Shown: positions 47,276 to 55,899 of the stretch, piece by piece | How positions within the stretch are numbered: position 1 is the stretch's first letter | Layout: every line of letters starts with the position of its first letter | Assembly: GCA_965208625.1 (NCBI GenBank) | Contig: OZ242348.1 | Span: 465,948 to 529,947, forward strand | Source: Dehalococcoidia bacterium | GTDB taxonomy: Bacteria; Chloroflexota; Dehalococcoidia; Lucifugimonadales; Australimonadaceae | DNA: 64,000 nucleotides | Reading direction: 5' to 3' | Made by a program: the position numbers and the translations under genes | Notes under the pieces: model-generated | The model's input: only the letters and a program-made list of their open reading frames with translations | Told to the model about the DNA's origin: nothing | Databases searched by the model: none

Positions 47276-49255
47276 CTACCGCACCCCCAGCCCCTCCAAC
47301 CTCCCCTCGACCTCCTCCGCCTCCAGCGACAGCCGCTCCCACTCCTCCCAGAGCGTCCCCGCCTCCTCCTTGAGCGTGCCGTACTCCTCTCCCGCCGACG
47401 CCATGTGCGCTGGACCTTCGAACCGGTCGGGCTGCGAGAACATCGCCTCCAGTTCCGTGATGCGCGACTCTCGCTCGGACAGCGAAGCGCCGAGCTCCTC
47501 GATGCGCATCGACAGCCTGCGAGCCTCGCTCCGCAGCGACCGACGCTCGACCTCCGCGTCGTCGAGCGGCCGCCCGCGCCTCCGGCCGTAGCCCCGCCCC
47601 GGCGCTGCGCCGACCGCCCCGTTGACCGCGGGCGCGGCGACCCCGTTGCCGGCCTCGGTCTGCTTCCGGTACAGGTAGTCGTCGTAGCTGCCGAGGAACA
47701 CCGTGGGCTCGCGACCGTCGATCTCGACGATCTTGTTGGCCGTCTGCCGGATGAGCGTCCGGTCATGCGTGATGAGGCAGATCGTGCCCTTGTAGTCCTC
47801 GAGCGCGTCCGCGAGTATCTCCCGCGACGCGATGTCGAGGTGGTTCGTCGGCTCGTCCATGAGGAGCAGGTTGCTCGGCTGCAGGAGCAGCTTGGCCAGC
47901 GCCACCCGCGCCTTCTCGCCACCCGACAGCACGGATATCGGCTTGCGCACGTCGTCGCCGCTGAACAGGAAGCCGCCCAGCGTCGTCCGAAGGCGCTGCT
48001 CCGGTATGTCCGGCGCCGCGTGCCGAAGCTCGTCGAGTATCGAGTTCGCCGGGTCGAGCAGTTCGAGCACGTGCTGCGCGTAGTACGACGTCACGACGTT
48101 GTGCCCCGTCCTCCGCTCCCCGCCGTCGATCGGCAGGACGCCTGCGAGAATCTTCAGCATCGTCGTCTTCCCCGCGCCGTTCGGCCCGACCAGCGCGACG
48201 CGGTCCCCGCGCGACAGCGACAGGTTGACGCCCCGGTACACCGTTGTCTCCCCGTACGACTTGCTGACGCCGTTCAGCGATATGACGTCCGTGCCGCTGC
48301 GGGGCGGCTCCGGGAACGAGTACCGCACCTTCTTCGTCGTCCGCGGCAACTCGATGGTCTGCACCTTCTCCAGTTGCTTCAGGCGGCTCTGCACCTGGGT
48401 GGCCTTCGTCGCCTTGGACCGGAAACGCTCCACGAAGCGCATCTGCTTCTGCATCCGGCGCTCCTGCCGGGCCGCGGCCGCACGCTTGATCTCCAGCGAC
48501 TGCTCGCGCGCCACGACGTACTCGTCGTAGCTGCCCCGCATGAGGACGACCTCCTCCTCCTCGATGGCGAGCACCTTCGTCGCCACCTGGTTCAGGAAGG
48601 CTCGGTCGTGCGACGTGATGAGCACCCCGCCCGGGAACCCGGCCAGGTACTTCTCGAACCACAGGTTCGCTTCGAGGTCGAGGTGGTTGGTCGGCTCGTC
48701 CAGGAACAGCAGGGCAGGGTTCTGGAACAGCAGCCGCGCGAGGCCTGCCCGCATCACCCAGCCGCCGCTGAACTCGCTCATCGGCCGCGCGAAGTCGGTC
48801 TGCTTGAACCCGAGGCCCGACAGGATGGTCTTCGCCTCGTGCTCCCGGTCGTCCCCGCCCGCGGCGTCCAGCGCCATGTCGAGCTCGCTCAGGCGCTCCA
48901 GCAGCCCGGCCTGCCGCGCCGGGTCCGCCTCCGACGCCAGCGCCTCCCGCGTCGCCGCGATGTCGGCCACGAGCGCGATCACGTCCTCGCTGGCGTCCAG
49001 CACCTCCTGGAGGAGCGGCTTGCCGTCGAACGACGCCGGCTCCTGCCGGAGGTAGCCGACAGACACCCCACGCCGCATGGACACGTTCCCCGAGTCAGTC
49101 GGCGTATCGCCCGCCAGGATGTCCATGAGCGTCGACTTCCCGGACCCGTTCGCGCCTATCAGCGCGATGCGGTCTCCGGCGTCCACGTTGAGGGTGAGCC
49201 CACTGAACAGCGTCCTGGTCGAGTAGGCCTTACTGATGTTGAAGGCAGATAGCAT
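47276..49255 (-). CDS. ABC-F family ATPase (two ABC cassettes, no TM domain) with a C-terminal coiled-coil
   Basis: Two Walker A motifs ([18 protein letters not shown]) and two LSGG signatures. 659 aa. Confidence 0.9.
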   Translation of the reverse strand: MLSAFNISKAYSTRTLFSGLTLNVDAGDRIALIGANGSGKSTLMDILAGDTPTDSGNVSMRRGVSVGYLRQEPASFDGKPLLQEVLDASEDVIALVADIAATREALASEADPARQAGLLERLSELDMALDAAGGDDREHEAKTILSGLGFKQTDFARPMSEFSGGWVMRAGLARLLFQNPALLFLDEPTNHLDLEANLWFEKYLAGFPGGVLITSHDRAFLNQVATKVLAIEEEEVVLMRGSYDEYVVAREQSLEIKRAAAARQERRMQKQMRFVERFRSKATKATQVQSRLKQLEKVQTIELPRTTKKVRYSFPEPPRSGTDVISLNGVSKSYGETTVYRGVNLSLSRGDRVALVGPNGAGKTTMLKILAGVLPIDGGERRTGHNVVTSYYAQHVLELLDPANSILDELRHAAPDIPEQRLRTTLGGFLFSGDDVRKPISVLSGGEKARVALAKLLLQPSNLLLMDEPTNHLDIASREILADALEDYKGTICLITHDRTLIRQTANKIVEIDGREPTVFLGSYDDYLYRKQTEAGNGVAAPAVNGAVGAAPGRGYGRRRGRPLDDAEVERRSLRSEARRLSMRIEELGASLSERESRITELEAMFSQPDRFEGPAHMASAGEEYGTLKEEAGTLWEEWERLSLEAEEVEGRLEGLGVR

Positions 49256-49349
49256 GTAATTCTGGGTGGGGAGGGTATTGTAGCAGTGGGGGCGTGGGGA
49301 GCTAGAGACAAGGGCAGATGTAAGTGGATGGGGTCAATGGGCGTGTAGG

Positions 49350-52300
49350 CTAGGAGTGATCCAGCCAGTTCGCTTCGCGGTCGTGTATCTTGCCTTCAAC
49401 TTGATAGTTGTCAGTAATCTCTCGGAGCAGTTTGGCCGTGAAGGGCCATTGCGCTCTGATTCTTGCCGAGTCAGCTCGGTATCCATCGGCAAGCGTACGT
49501 TCCTGCTTGCCGCCATCGAATAAACTCCGAGAGGTCACGCCACGTTGGTTTCGTTTTCCAACGACGAAGCCAACACCTACGTGATGAGAACCAATCTCTT
49601 CAAGCAGGTCCCTCATAGGCTCGCAAGGCCAAATCCCATCCGAACCTACTGGTGCATTGGATAGGACTTGACCTATCTGCTGATCCCCAATGACTTCTCT
49701 ATCTCTGTCTTTGCAGAGACGGCGTGCTTCTCTGACCCAGGATTCTAGGGTCTCATAGTGAACGGCATTATCTTCCAATAGGCCAGGAACCTCACGTAGG
49801 TTCCGTAGGATTGCATAGGCACGGTCCCCACGAACCTGACGGGTCTGATCGTCAACAACTTCCTCGTCCTGTCCGTCGAATCGTTTGAAAACCCAAGCAA
49901 TTAGGTCGGCAAAGAGAGCGGGAGATTTCATTACTTGACGGCTGAGTGCTAATTGGGGGCGATAGTCTTCCAGAATGTCCATGTACGGAATCTCTAGTCT
50001 GGCGATAGTCTCTTCAGAAACCTCAGGCTCGTTGTCAAGGCTTTCTAAGAGATGACCAATCCAAAAGCCATCGGACAGGAGTTCAGGGAATTCTGGAGTA
50101 TCGATATCGAAAGGTATCTGTTCAAGTGTTCGTATTATGACACTTGATGGAACCGATGCATAGGAAATTAAGTGGAGCGCAGCCCTTGAACGTCGCACAT
50201 CAAGGAATTGCTGAACTGCGATGCAGATGCTCTCGGTGTCCAGATTTGCCACACGGAATGGATTCACCTGTTTCCAATAAGCTTCAACCACGTCGGGTTC
50301 TTCATTCTGGATCCGTTGCCAAGTGTCGAGGGTTACTGGTGCTGCCAGATAAACATCCGATATAGCCTCGATGCTGGGCGTACTATTCTTGAAGGTTACG
50401 AGTGCTCTGTCCAGAGCGACCCAGCCGGTTTTATCGAAGAGGCCTTGAAGCATTCCGTGTGCAAAAGACCTCAACAGTGGGTCGTTAGACACCAGTATCT
50501 CCGTGGCTGAAGCAAGGGCTGCCTCACTATCGATAACCTGAGATGCTATTCTGCCTACTAGATATGGGTTGGGAGCGGCTACTGCGAGACGAAGAACCTC
50601 AGGGATGCCTCCCTGTGCATATATTGCTGCGAAGGTCAATTGTTGCTGTTTCGCGAGGTGCTCACGGTCGGCATCGAAATCTACGGGTTCATTCTGGGGG
50701 TCTATCGGCAATGGGTCTGGTACCGCAGCCAATCCGCTGGAAAACCAGTCAACGAAAAGCCATGCGTGAGCGACACCGAGGTCCGATGGCATTAGCGCTT
50801 CGTATATGGTTTCGATTGCTTTGAGATCCTCCTGCCTCATTGCCCATGATGCTTTCGGGTACCTGCGGTGATGGTGCAGCACTGCTCGTGCTTTTGCCCA
50901 TAAGGCATCTCGGTTAGGGCTTTGTTTCAGAGTATCAACCTGCTCTTGAAGTAGCATCAGTGCTTCCAACCTGAAATCAGGTGCCAACCGAGAGAGGATG
51001 CCCAAAACATCGCTCCACCTATTGGCGTCGGCTCGAACGTTCTCTAGCAGTAGGCGATTCATCTCTCCGATGTAGGCGGCACACTCTCGGTGAGTGACTC
51101 CGGCAACACCGTCCTGGGCCCAAGGCTGCCACGAAGGAGGCGTGCGCTGCAATATGAAATATGTTTCACGGTATAGCATGACTAACAGCTGCCATCCAGT
51201 GTTCGGAAATGTTCTCAATAGCATGGCAAGTGTCAGCAACCGTTCGTTATCCGGTGCTTCTGACATTCTGATTGACGGTATGAATAGTTCACACAAACTG
51301 TTGATAGGCCGATTGGATACCCTGCCACCGGGGTCAAGTTCGGCAAGGTGGGCCAGTATCTTGACGACTCTTCCGAAATAGTCCTCTGACCACGCTAAAC
51401 ACTCCAATGCCCATAGAATCCCCGTGTGAGGGATAGAGCTGAAAACTCCTTCTCCTTCTTGTTCAAAGAGCACTTTGAACGAACTGTCGGATGAGTTGAC
51501 GTTCGTTTCAATGACGTCCAAGAAAACCTCAGGAGCTGCCTCGGCAAGCACAGCCAGGTTCTTCCCAAGCGTCGCCCATTTGTGCCATTCGCTGTCTGAT
51601 CCCAATACACGCCTTATGACATGGGCAGGTAGATTGCCAGCTTCTTCAGCATGTATCGCACGTTCCGGCTGTGTTCCCATTATCGCTAGGCCTCTCGTGA
51701 TACCTTCGCGCAGCGTGTTGCTATGTGGAAGCACTTTGCCAAGAATACTTGCCAAGTAGCGTTCACCGATAGGCATGTCAAATTCAGGTGATAATTCTCC
51801 CAGTACTTTCAGAGCAGCTCGCTCAAACCTCTGCAGGATAGTAGGGGTCAGTCTTGATGCAAGGAGATGCCAGGCCTCTTCTTGAGAGATGAATCGCCAT
51901 CGGCTGCCAATCTTCTGCAGAGGGGAATCCGGAACCAATGCCAAGGCTGTTATTGTAGACTCAATCTCTGCAAATGTTCTTCCTGCGACTTCTACAACAA
52001 TCTCTCTATCACCCTCGTTATTCGTGTCCCATTGCCCTACCAGCATTAAGGCAACTAGGGCCTCATCAGCATTGGATACCCATTCCGGCTGCGGTCCACC
52101 GGCCTCGTCGATGAGAAACCGGCGCATGATGGATAGCCGCCTTGCGCTTTTCCTGACGAGCGAACGAGCACGGGTTTCAGAGAGGCCCATAGCGATCAGT
52201 GCATTGGGAGCCTCATCGCGTCCCAACGTGTCGAGCATGCTACCGTTGCCGTGCGGTTCTTCATGTTCGCCCAATGGTATGAGAACGTGGTGGCCGTTCT

Positions 52301-53141
52301 GGACTGTGGCCTGAGAAGCCACATCCTCCTTAAAGTGGCGAATCAGCACCAAGGGCATATGGTGGTGTTCGAGGCGTTGCCAAGCATCAACGGTCCGAAC
52401 GACGATAGCCTTTGAGAGTAACGAGGCTCCCCATGGAGCATCAGCGCTTAGCGCACACGAGGCAACAAACGCAATCGCTTCCTCTCTGGTATTCGCCAGT
52501 ACATAATGGCGACCCGGTATTCCCTGAGCCCATGCACATATTCCTTCAGCTTGGCTATGGCGGCCTGCAAGCACCAATCCAGTGGAGATGGGCGGATTTG
52601 TCATGCGTGACCAGTGTTCCCACCACTCATCAAGTGCTGTCCAACCCTCATCGGGCAGCTTACCTATGAGTCGAGCGAACCAGTGTGCAACCCCTGGAGC
52701 CTCGCCGATCCAAGCGACTAGGTCATCAGCGTCCCAAGCCCTTACTTCAGCCCATTCTCCTAGCGCTCTATGCCTGCTAACCCAAGCATCCTTTTGCTTC
52801 CACCTGCGTGGCGTTACGAATATGAATGTAGTTTGTGCGGGGTCCTGACCCATTGGGGATGTCGTTCGCTTTCGATAATCAGAGTTTGCTTTTCGAGGGA
52901 TATCTTTCTGACGGCTCATCTCCCAGGCCGAAGCCCCATCAGGAACCCATGAGTTCCCTAGGCTAACGTCCAGCACCCCATCCCAGTCTCCTAGATGTAC
53001 TGAACTGCCGCTGGGCATGTCTATGATTGACGGCGAAGGACAGGTAGCCAAAATCAACCGTCGCACAAGCTCAGGCAGTTGATCCGCAGCGTTAGGCAGT
53101 TCGGCCCAGGCCACGAAGTCGGAGGGGTCAAAAGTAATCAT
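49350..53141 (-). CDS. Orphan giant protein (~1,263 aa) of unknown function in an AT-rich island. It has a ~170-aa N-terminal globular domain plus a ~1,100-aa helical-repeat-like region.
   Basis: Uninterrupted ORF. G+C of sampled lines is 40-55% versus ~68% in flanks. Start placed at ATG 53141 (MITFDPSDF), with an alternative at ATG 53189 (AAGGGG upstream). The upstream 240-256 codons of the track ORF are low-complexity, cross the intergenic repeats and run antisense into cinA. Confidence 0.7.
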   Translation of the reverse strand: MITFDPSDFVAWAELPNAADQLPELVRRLILATCPSPSIIDMPSGSSVHLGDWDGVLDVSLGNSWVPDGASAWEMSRQKDIPRKANSDYRKRTTSPMGQDPAQTTFIFVTPRRWKQKDAWVSRHRALGEWAEVRAWDADDLVAWIGEAPGVAHWFARLIGKLPDEGWTALDEWWEHWSRMTNPPISTGLVLAGRHSQAEGICAWAQGIPGRHYVLANTREEAIAFVASCALSADAPWGASLLSKAIVVRTVDAWQRLEHHHMPLVLIRHFKEDVASQATVQNGHHVLIPLGEHEEPHGNGSMLDTLGRDEAPNALIAMGLSETRARSLVRKSARRLSIMRRFLIDEAGGPQPEWVSNADEALVALMLVGQWDTNNEGDREIVVEVAGRTFAEIESTITALALVPDSPLQKIGSRWRFISQEEAWHLLASRLTPTILQRFERAALKVLGELSPEFDMPIGERYLASILGKVLPHSNTLREGITRGLAIMGTQPERAIHAEEAGNLPAHVIRRVLGSDSEWHKWATLGKNLAVLAEAAPEVFLDVIETNVNSSDSSFKVLFEQEGEGVFSSIPHTGILWALECLAWSEDYFGRVVKILAHLAELDPGGRVSNRPINSLCELFIPSIRMSEAPDNERLLTLAMLLRTFPNTGWQLLVMLYRETYFILQRTPPSWQPWAQDGVAGVTHRECAAYIGEMNRLLLENVRADANRWSDVLGILSRLAPDFRLEALMLLQEQVDTLKQSPNRDALWAKARAVLHHHRRYPKASWAMRQEDLKAIETIYEALMPSDLGVAHAWLFVDWFSSGLAAVPDPLPIDPQNEPVDFDADREHLAKQQQLTFAAIYAQGGIPEVLRLAVAAPNPYLVGRIASQVIDSEAALASATEILVSNDPLLRSFAHGMLQGLFDKTGWVALDRALVTFKNSTPSIEAISDVYLAAPVTLDTWQRIQNEEPDVVEAYWKQVNPFRVANLDTESICIAVQQFLDVRRSRAALHLISYASVPSSVIIRTLEQIPFDIDTPEFPELLSDGFWIGHLLESLDNEPEVSEETIARLEIPYMDILEDYRPQLALSRQVMKSPALFADLIAWVFKRFDGQDEEVVDDQTRQVRGDRAYAILRNLREVPGLLEDNAVHYETLESWVREARRLCKDRDREVIGDQQIGQVLSNAPVGSDGIWPCEPMRDLLEEIGSHHVGVGFVVGKRNQRGVTSRSLFDGGKQERTLADGYRADSARIRAQWPFTAKLLREITDNYQVEGKIHDREANWLDHS

Positions 53142-53280
53142 CTCCACATATTGTACCGCAGCAGGCCCACGCTCCTCCCCTTGTGACATCCGCCCCTTAC
53201 GCCCACACCCCCCGACCGCGTACGCTGGTTGCCTGACCGCCGTACCGGGCATCCCGGGGGCGCGAGGACCAGGAGGCGGG

Positions 53281-53415
53281 TGAGCAGAAATGAGCAGGAA
53301 TGAGCAGGAAAAGACTGGAAATGAGCAGCGAATGAGCAGTAATGGGCAGTTGGACTGCTCACGCGGAAGACCGGATTCAGAGGTGGATCGAGGCCCGGTG
53401 AGCAGAAATGAGCAG
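53281..53415. promoter_or_regulatory. Array of helically phased TGAGCAG heptamers (7 exact direct, 1 variant, 1 inverted) in the divergent region between the giant ORF and cinA
   Basis: TGAGCAG at 53281, 53291, 53301, 53322, 53333, 53399 and 53409. TGGGCAG at 53343. Inverted CTGCTCA at 53355. Spacings are 10, 10, 21, 11, 10 and 10 bp. Confidence 0.5.
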
Positions 53416-53577
53416 AATTTCCCTGTGAACCCTTCCCTCCGGCGTAGCGCGGCAGCCTCCACCCGCCGTGGCTGGACAGGCTCACCGCGTACAACGGCCC
53501 CCGTCCTGCCCATCCTGTCCATCGATGTCGATTCCCCGCTATACTCGCGCGTGCCGTGATTCCGGGGTAGGGAAGAC

Positions 53578-54810
53578 ATGAACACTGAGATCATCGCCGT
53601 CGGCACCGAGCTCCTCATGGGCGAGACCCAGGACACCAACTCGTCCTGGCTCGGCCAGCGCCTGCCGGAGTTCGGGCTCGAACTCAAGTTCGTCACCATC
53701 GTCGGCGACGACCTCACGCGCCTCACCGAAACGCTCGACCGCGCGTGGCGCAGGTCGGACGTCGTCATCGCCATGGGCGGCCTCGGCCCCACGCTCGACG
53801 ACATGACGCGCGACGGCATCGCCAACATGCTCGGCGAGCAGATCACCACGGACCCGGAGCTCAAGGTGTGGCTGGAGGAGAACTTCTCCCGCCGCAACAT
53901 CAACCCCATGCCCCAGCAGAACTACCGCCAGGCCGGCATCATCCCGTCCGCCGCCGCCATCCGCAACGCCATGGGCACCGCGCCCAGCTGGTGGATAGAC
54001 AAGGGCGGCAAGCTCCTCATCACGCTCCCCGGCCCCCCGCGCGAACTCACCAACATGTGGACCACCGAGATCGCCCCGCGCCTCAAGGAACGCCTCCCCG
54101 GCCAGAAGATCATGGCCCGCACCTTCAAGACCATCGGACTCAGCGAGGCCGCCGTCGACGAGATGGTGCGCGACGTCTACGACGTCCCCGGCATGGACTT
54201 CGGCGTCTACGCGAAGCAGGACGGCATCTACCTCCGCGGCATCGCGAAAGCCGACACCGAGGCCGAAGCCCTCACGACCCTCCTCCGCGCCGAGACGATG
54301 GTGCGCGACGCCCTGGGCGACTACATCTGGGGCACCGACGAGGAGTACCCACCGGAGCGCGTCGGCGACCTGCTGCGCGAGAAGGGCTACACGCTCGCGG
54401 TGCTGGAGTCCTGCACCGGCGGCATGATCGGCGCCGCGCTCACGGAGATCCCCGGCTCGTCCGAGTACTTCGTCGGCGGCGCCATCACCTACTCGGACGA
54501 CATGAAAGCGCAGGCCGGCGTCCCCCGCGAGACGCTCGACGCCCACGGCGCGGTCAGCGAGGAGACCGCCCGCGCCATGGCCGACGCCGCCCGCGCCACC
54601 TACGCCGCCGACTGCGGCGTCAGCGTCACCGGCGTCGCCGGCCCCGGCGACCAGGGCGGCGTCAAGGCTGGCACCGTCTACATCGGCGTCTCCACCCCGT
54701 CCACCTCGACCGTCACCCGCCACGAGTTCCCCTCCCGCCGCCCCCTCGTCCGCAACCGCGCCGTCACCGCCGCCCTCCTCCAACTAATCCGCGCCTTGCA
54801 GTCGGAATAG
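53578..54810 (+). CDS. cinA: CinA: MoCF-binding domain fused to a nicotinamide-nucleotide amidohydrolase (PncC) domain
   Basis: MNTEIIAVGTELLMGETQDTNS ... GGLGPTLDDMTR, plus ESCTGGMIGAALTEIPGSSEYF in the C-terminal domain. Confidence 0.9.
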   Translation: MNTEIIAVGTELLMGETQDTNSSWLGQRLPEFGLELKFVTIVGDDLTRLTETLDRAWRRSDVVIAMGGLGPTLDDMTRDGIANMLGEQITTDPELKVWLEENFSRRNINPMPQQNYRQAGIIPSAAAIRNAMGTAPSWWIDKGGKLLITLPGPPRELTNMWTTEIAPRLKERLPGQKIMARTFKTIGLSEAAVDEMVRDVYDVPGMDFGVYAKQDGIYLRGIAKADTEAEALTTLLRAETMVRDALGDYIWGTDEEYPPERVGDLLREKGYTLAVLESCTGGMIGAALTEIPGSSEYFVGGAITYSDDMKAQAGVPRETLDAHGAVSEETARAMADAARATYAADCGVSVTGVAGPGDQGGVKAGTVYIGVSTPSTSTVTRHEFPSRRPLVRNRAVTAALLQLIRALQSE

Positions 54811-54820
54811 GAAAACGATT

Positions 54821-55065
54821 GTCATTCCGAACGCAGTGAGGAATCTCGCGGGGAACGTCCGTCGCCCGTGCCGGTTCCCGCGCGGGCGCGCGTACCCATG
54901 TAGGGGCATCCCTCGTGGGTGCCCTGTCTGGTCCCCTCTCCCTCGATGGGAGAGGGCTAGGGTGAGGGTGAAGGCTGGGGTGAGCGTTCTGGTGTAGGGG
55001 CATCCCTCGTGGGTGCCCTGCCTGTTCCCCTCTCCCTACAAGGGGAGAGGGTTAGGGTGAGGGTA
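54821..55065. repeat. Cluster of REP-like hairpins: one family F, then two copies of a composite A+D unit (~93-bp period)
   Basis: GTCATTCCGAACGCAGTGAGGAATC (54821..45). TGTAGGGGCATCCCTCGTGGGTGCCCTG plus CCCCTCTCCCT-N5-GGGAGAGGG-(C/T)TAGGGTGAGGGT occurs at 54899..54969 and again at 54992..55065. Confidence 0.8.
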
Positions 55066-55166
55066 CCGGAGCGTACCAGTGACACCGGCGCATTGCCGAA
55101 GTGCCACCCCCGCGCTAACCTCTGAACCAGAGGTGAAGAACGCTGCAGCGCAGCGGAGGTAACAGA

Positions 55167-55472
55167 ATGGCCAGCGCAGCGAAGAAGACTGCAAGACCCA
55201 GGAAACCCCTGCCCCGCACGCCTGTGCGCCCGAAGGTCGCAACGAAACACGTTACGCCGAGTGAGGCTGCAAGGTGGCTGGCAGACGAATTCAGGAAGCA
55301 GCGGAATGGCGAGGGAGAACAGGTGGCAAACGAGGAGAAGAAGAGCCGCAGGCTGAAGAAACCTCTGCCCCGCACGCCTGTGCGTCCGAAGGTGATAACA
55401 AAGTACATGACTCCAGACGAGGCTGCTCAGTGGCTGTTAGACGACTTCAGGAAGCAGCGGAATGGCGGCTGA
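55167..55472 (+). CDS. Putative VapB-like antitoxin made of two tandem copies of a ~36-aa basic unit
   Basis: KPLPRTPVRPKV(A/I)TK(H/Y)(V/M)TP(S/D)EAA(R/Q)WL(A/L)D(E/D)FRKQRNG occurs twice (DNA 55203..55311 and 55359..55467, 156-bp period). GGAGG Shine-Dalgarno. Stop overlaps or abuts the PIN gene. Confidence 0.55.
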   Translation: MASAAKKTARPRKPLPRTPVRPKVATKHVTPSEAARWLADEFRKQRNGEGEQVANEEKKSRRLKKPLPRTPVRPKVITKYMTPDEAAQWLLDDFRKQRNGG

Positions 55473-55485
55473 TGGAGGCCCCGTG

Positions 55486-55887
55486 ATGGCGGACTCCAAT
55501 GTGTGGTTCGACTGGTACAACGGAAAAACTACGCAGGGGACTTTGCTCTTGGAGCAATTGCTCGCCGCACGGAGGATATGGGTACATTCCGACGTCATCA
55601 GGGAGTTCGCGCTGGGCAGGAAGACGACGCGGCTGACGGACTACATCGTGGCCATGCGGCAACTGCCCCGCGTTGACGACCTTTCCATCAACGAGTTCCT
55701 TGCCGTCGTGGACGAGTTCAACCTGCGCGGAAGCGGCAAGTCCCGCGACACGTTCCTGTTCGCCGCCGCTATCCAGCATGACGTGCTGATTCTCACGTCC
55801 GACCGGGCATTCCAACGGAAGTGTGAACGCGTAAGCCTCTGCTATTTCTGCCAGGAGGGCATCCCGCACGAAGCAGCGCTTCAGTAG
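55486..55887 (+). CDS. PIN-domain (VapC-like) ribonuclease toxin
   Basis: MADSNVWFDW (first Asp), ... EFALG ..., DTFLFAAAIQHDVLILTSDRAF. ATG 55486 has GGAGG 7 nt upstream; the alternative ATG 55462 overlaps the antitoxin stop. Confidence 0.7.
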   Translation: MADSNVWFDWYNGKTTQGTLLLEQLLAARRIWVHSDVIREFALGRKTTRLTDYIVAMRQLPRVDDLSINEFLAVVDEFNLRGSGKSRDTFLFAAAIQHDVLILTSDRAFQRKCERVSLCYFCQEGIPHEAALQ

Positions 55888-55899
55888 GCCGCAGACCCC

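Noticed and set aside
46982-49252. Long ORFs antisense to recognisable genes. Examples: 46982..49252, 981..2042, 5547..7256, 7883..9226, 42984..44696, 43779..44747, 53539..54783, 21173..22156, 40253..41845.
   Set aside because: These are typical high-GC mirror-frame artefacts. The products are Arg/Ala/Gly/Pro/Val-rich with no motifs. Each is fully overlapped by an ORF with clear family signatures on the other strand.
52251-52265. HEEPH (HExxH) in the giant protein as a zinc-metalloprotease site
   Set aside because: It is a five-residue pattern expected by chance in 1,260 aa. The proline inside the would-be helix and the Gly/Pro-rich loop context (PLGEHEEPHGNG) argue against a catalytic helix.
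53142-53909. N-terminal 256 codons of the 1,519-aa track ORF (49350..53909)
   Set aside because: This part is Ser/Arg/Pro-rich low complexity. It crosses the TGAGCAG repeat array and runs antisense into the well-supported cinA gene. Composition changes abruptly at ~53160, and good ATG starts exist at 53141 and 53189.
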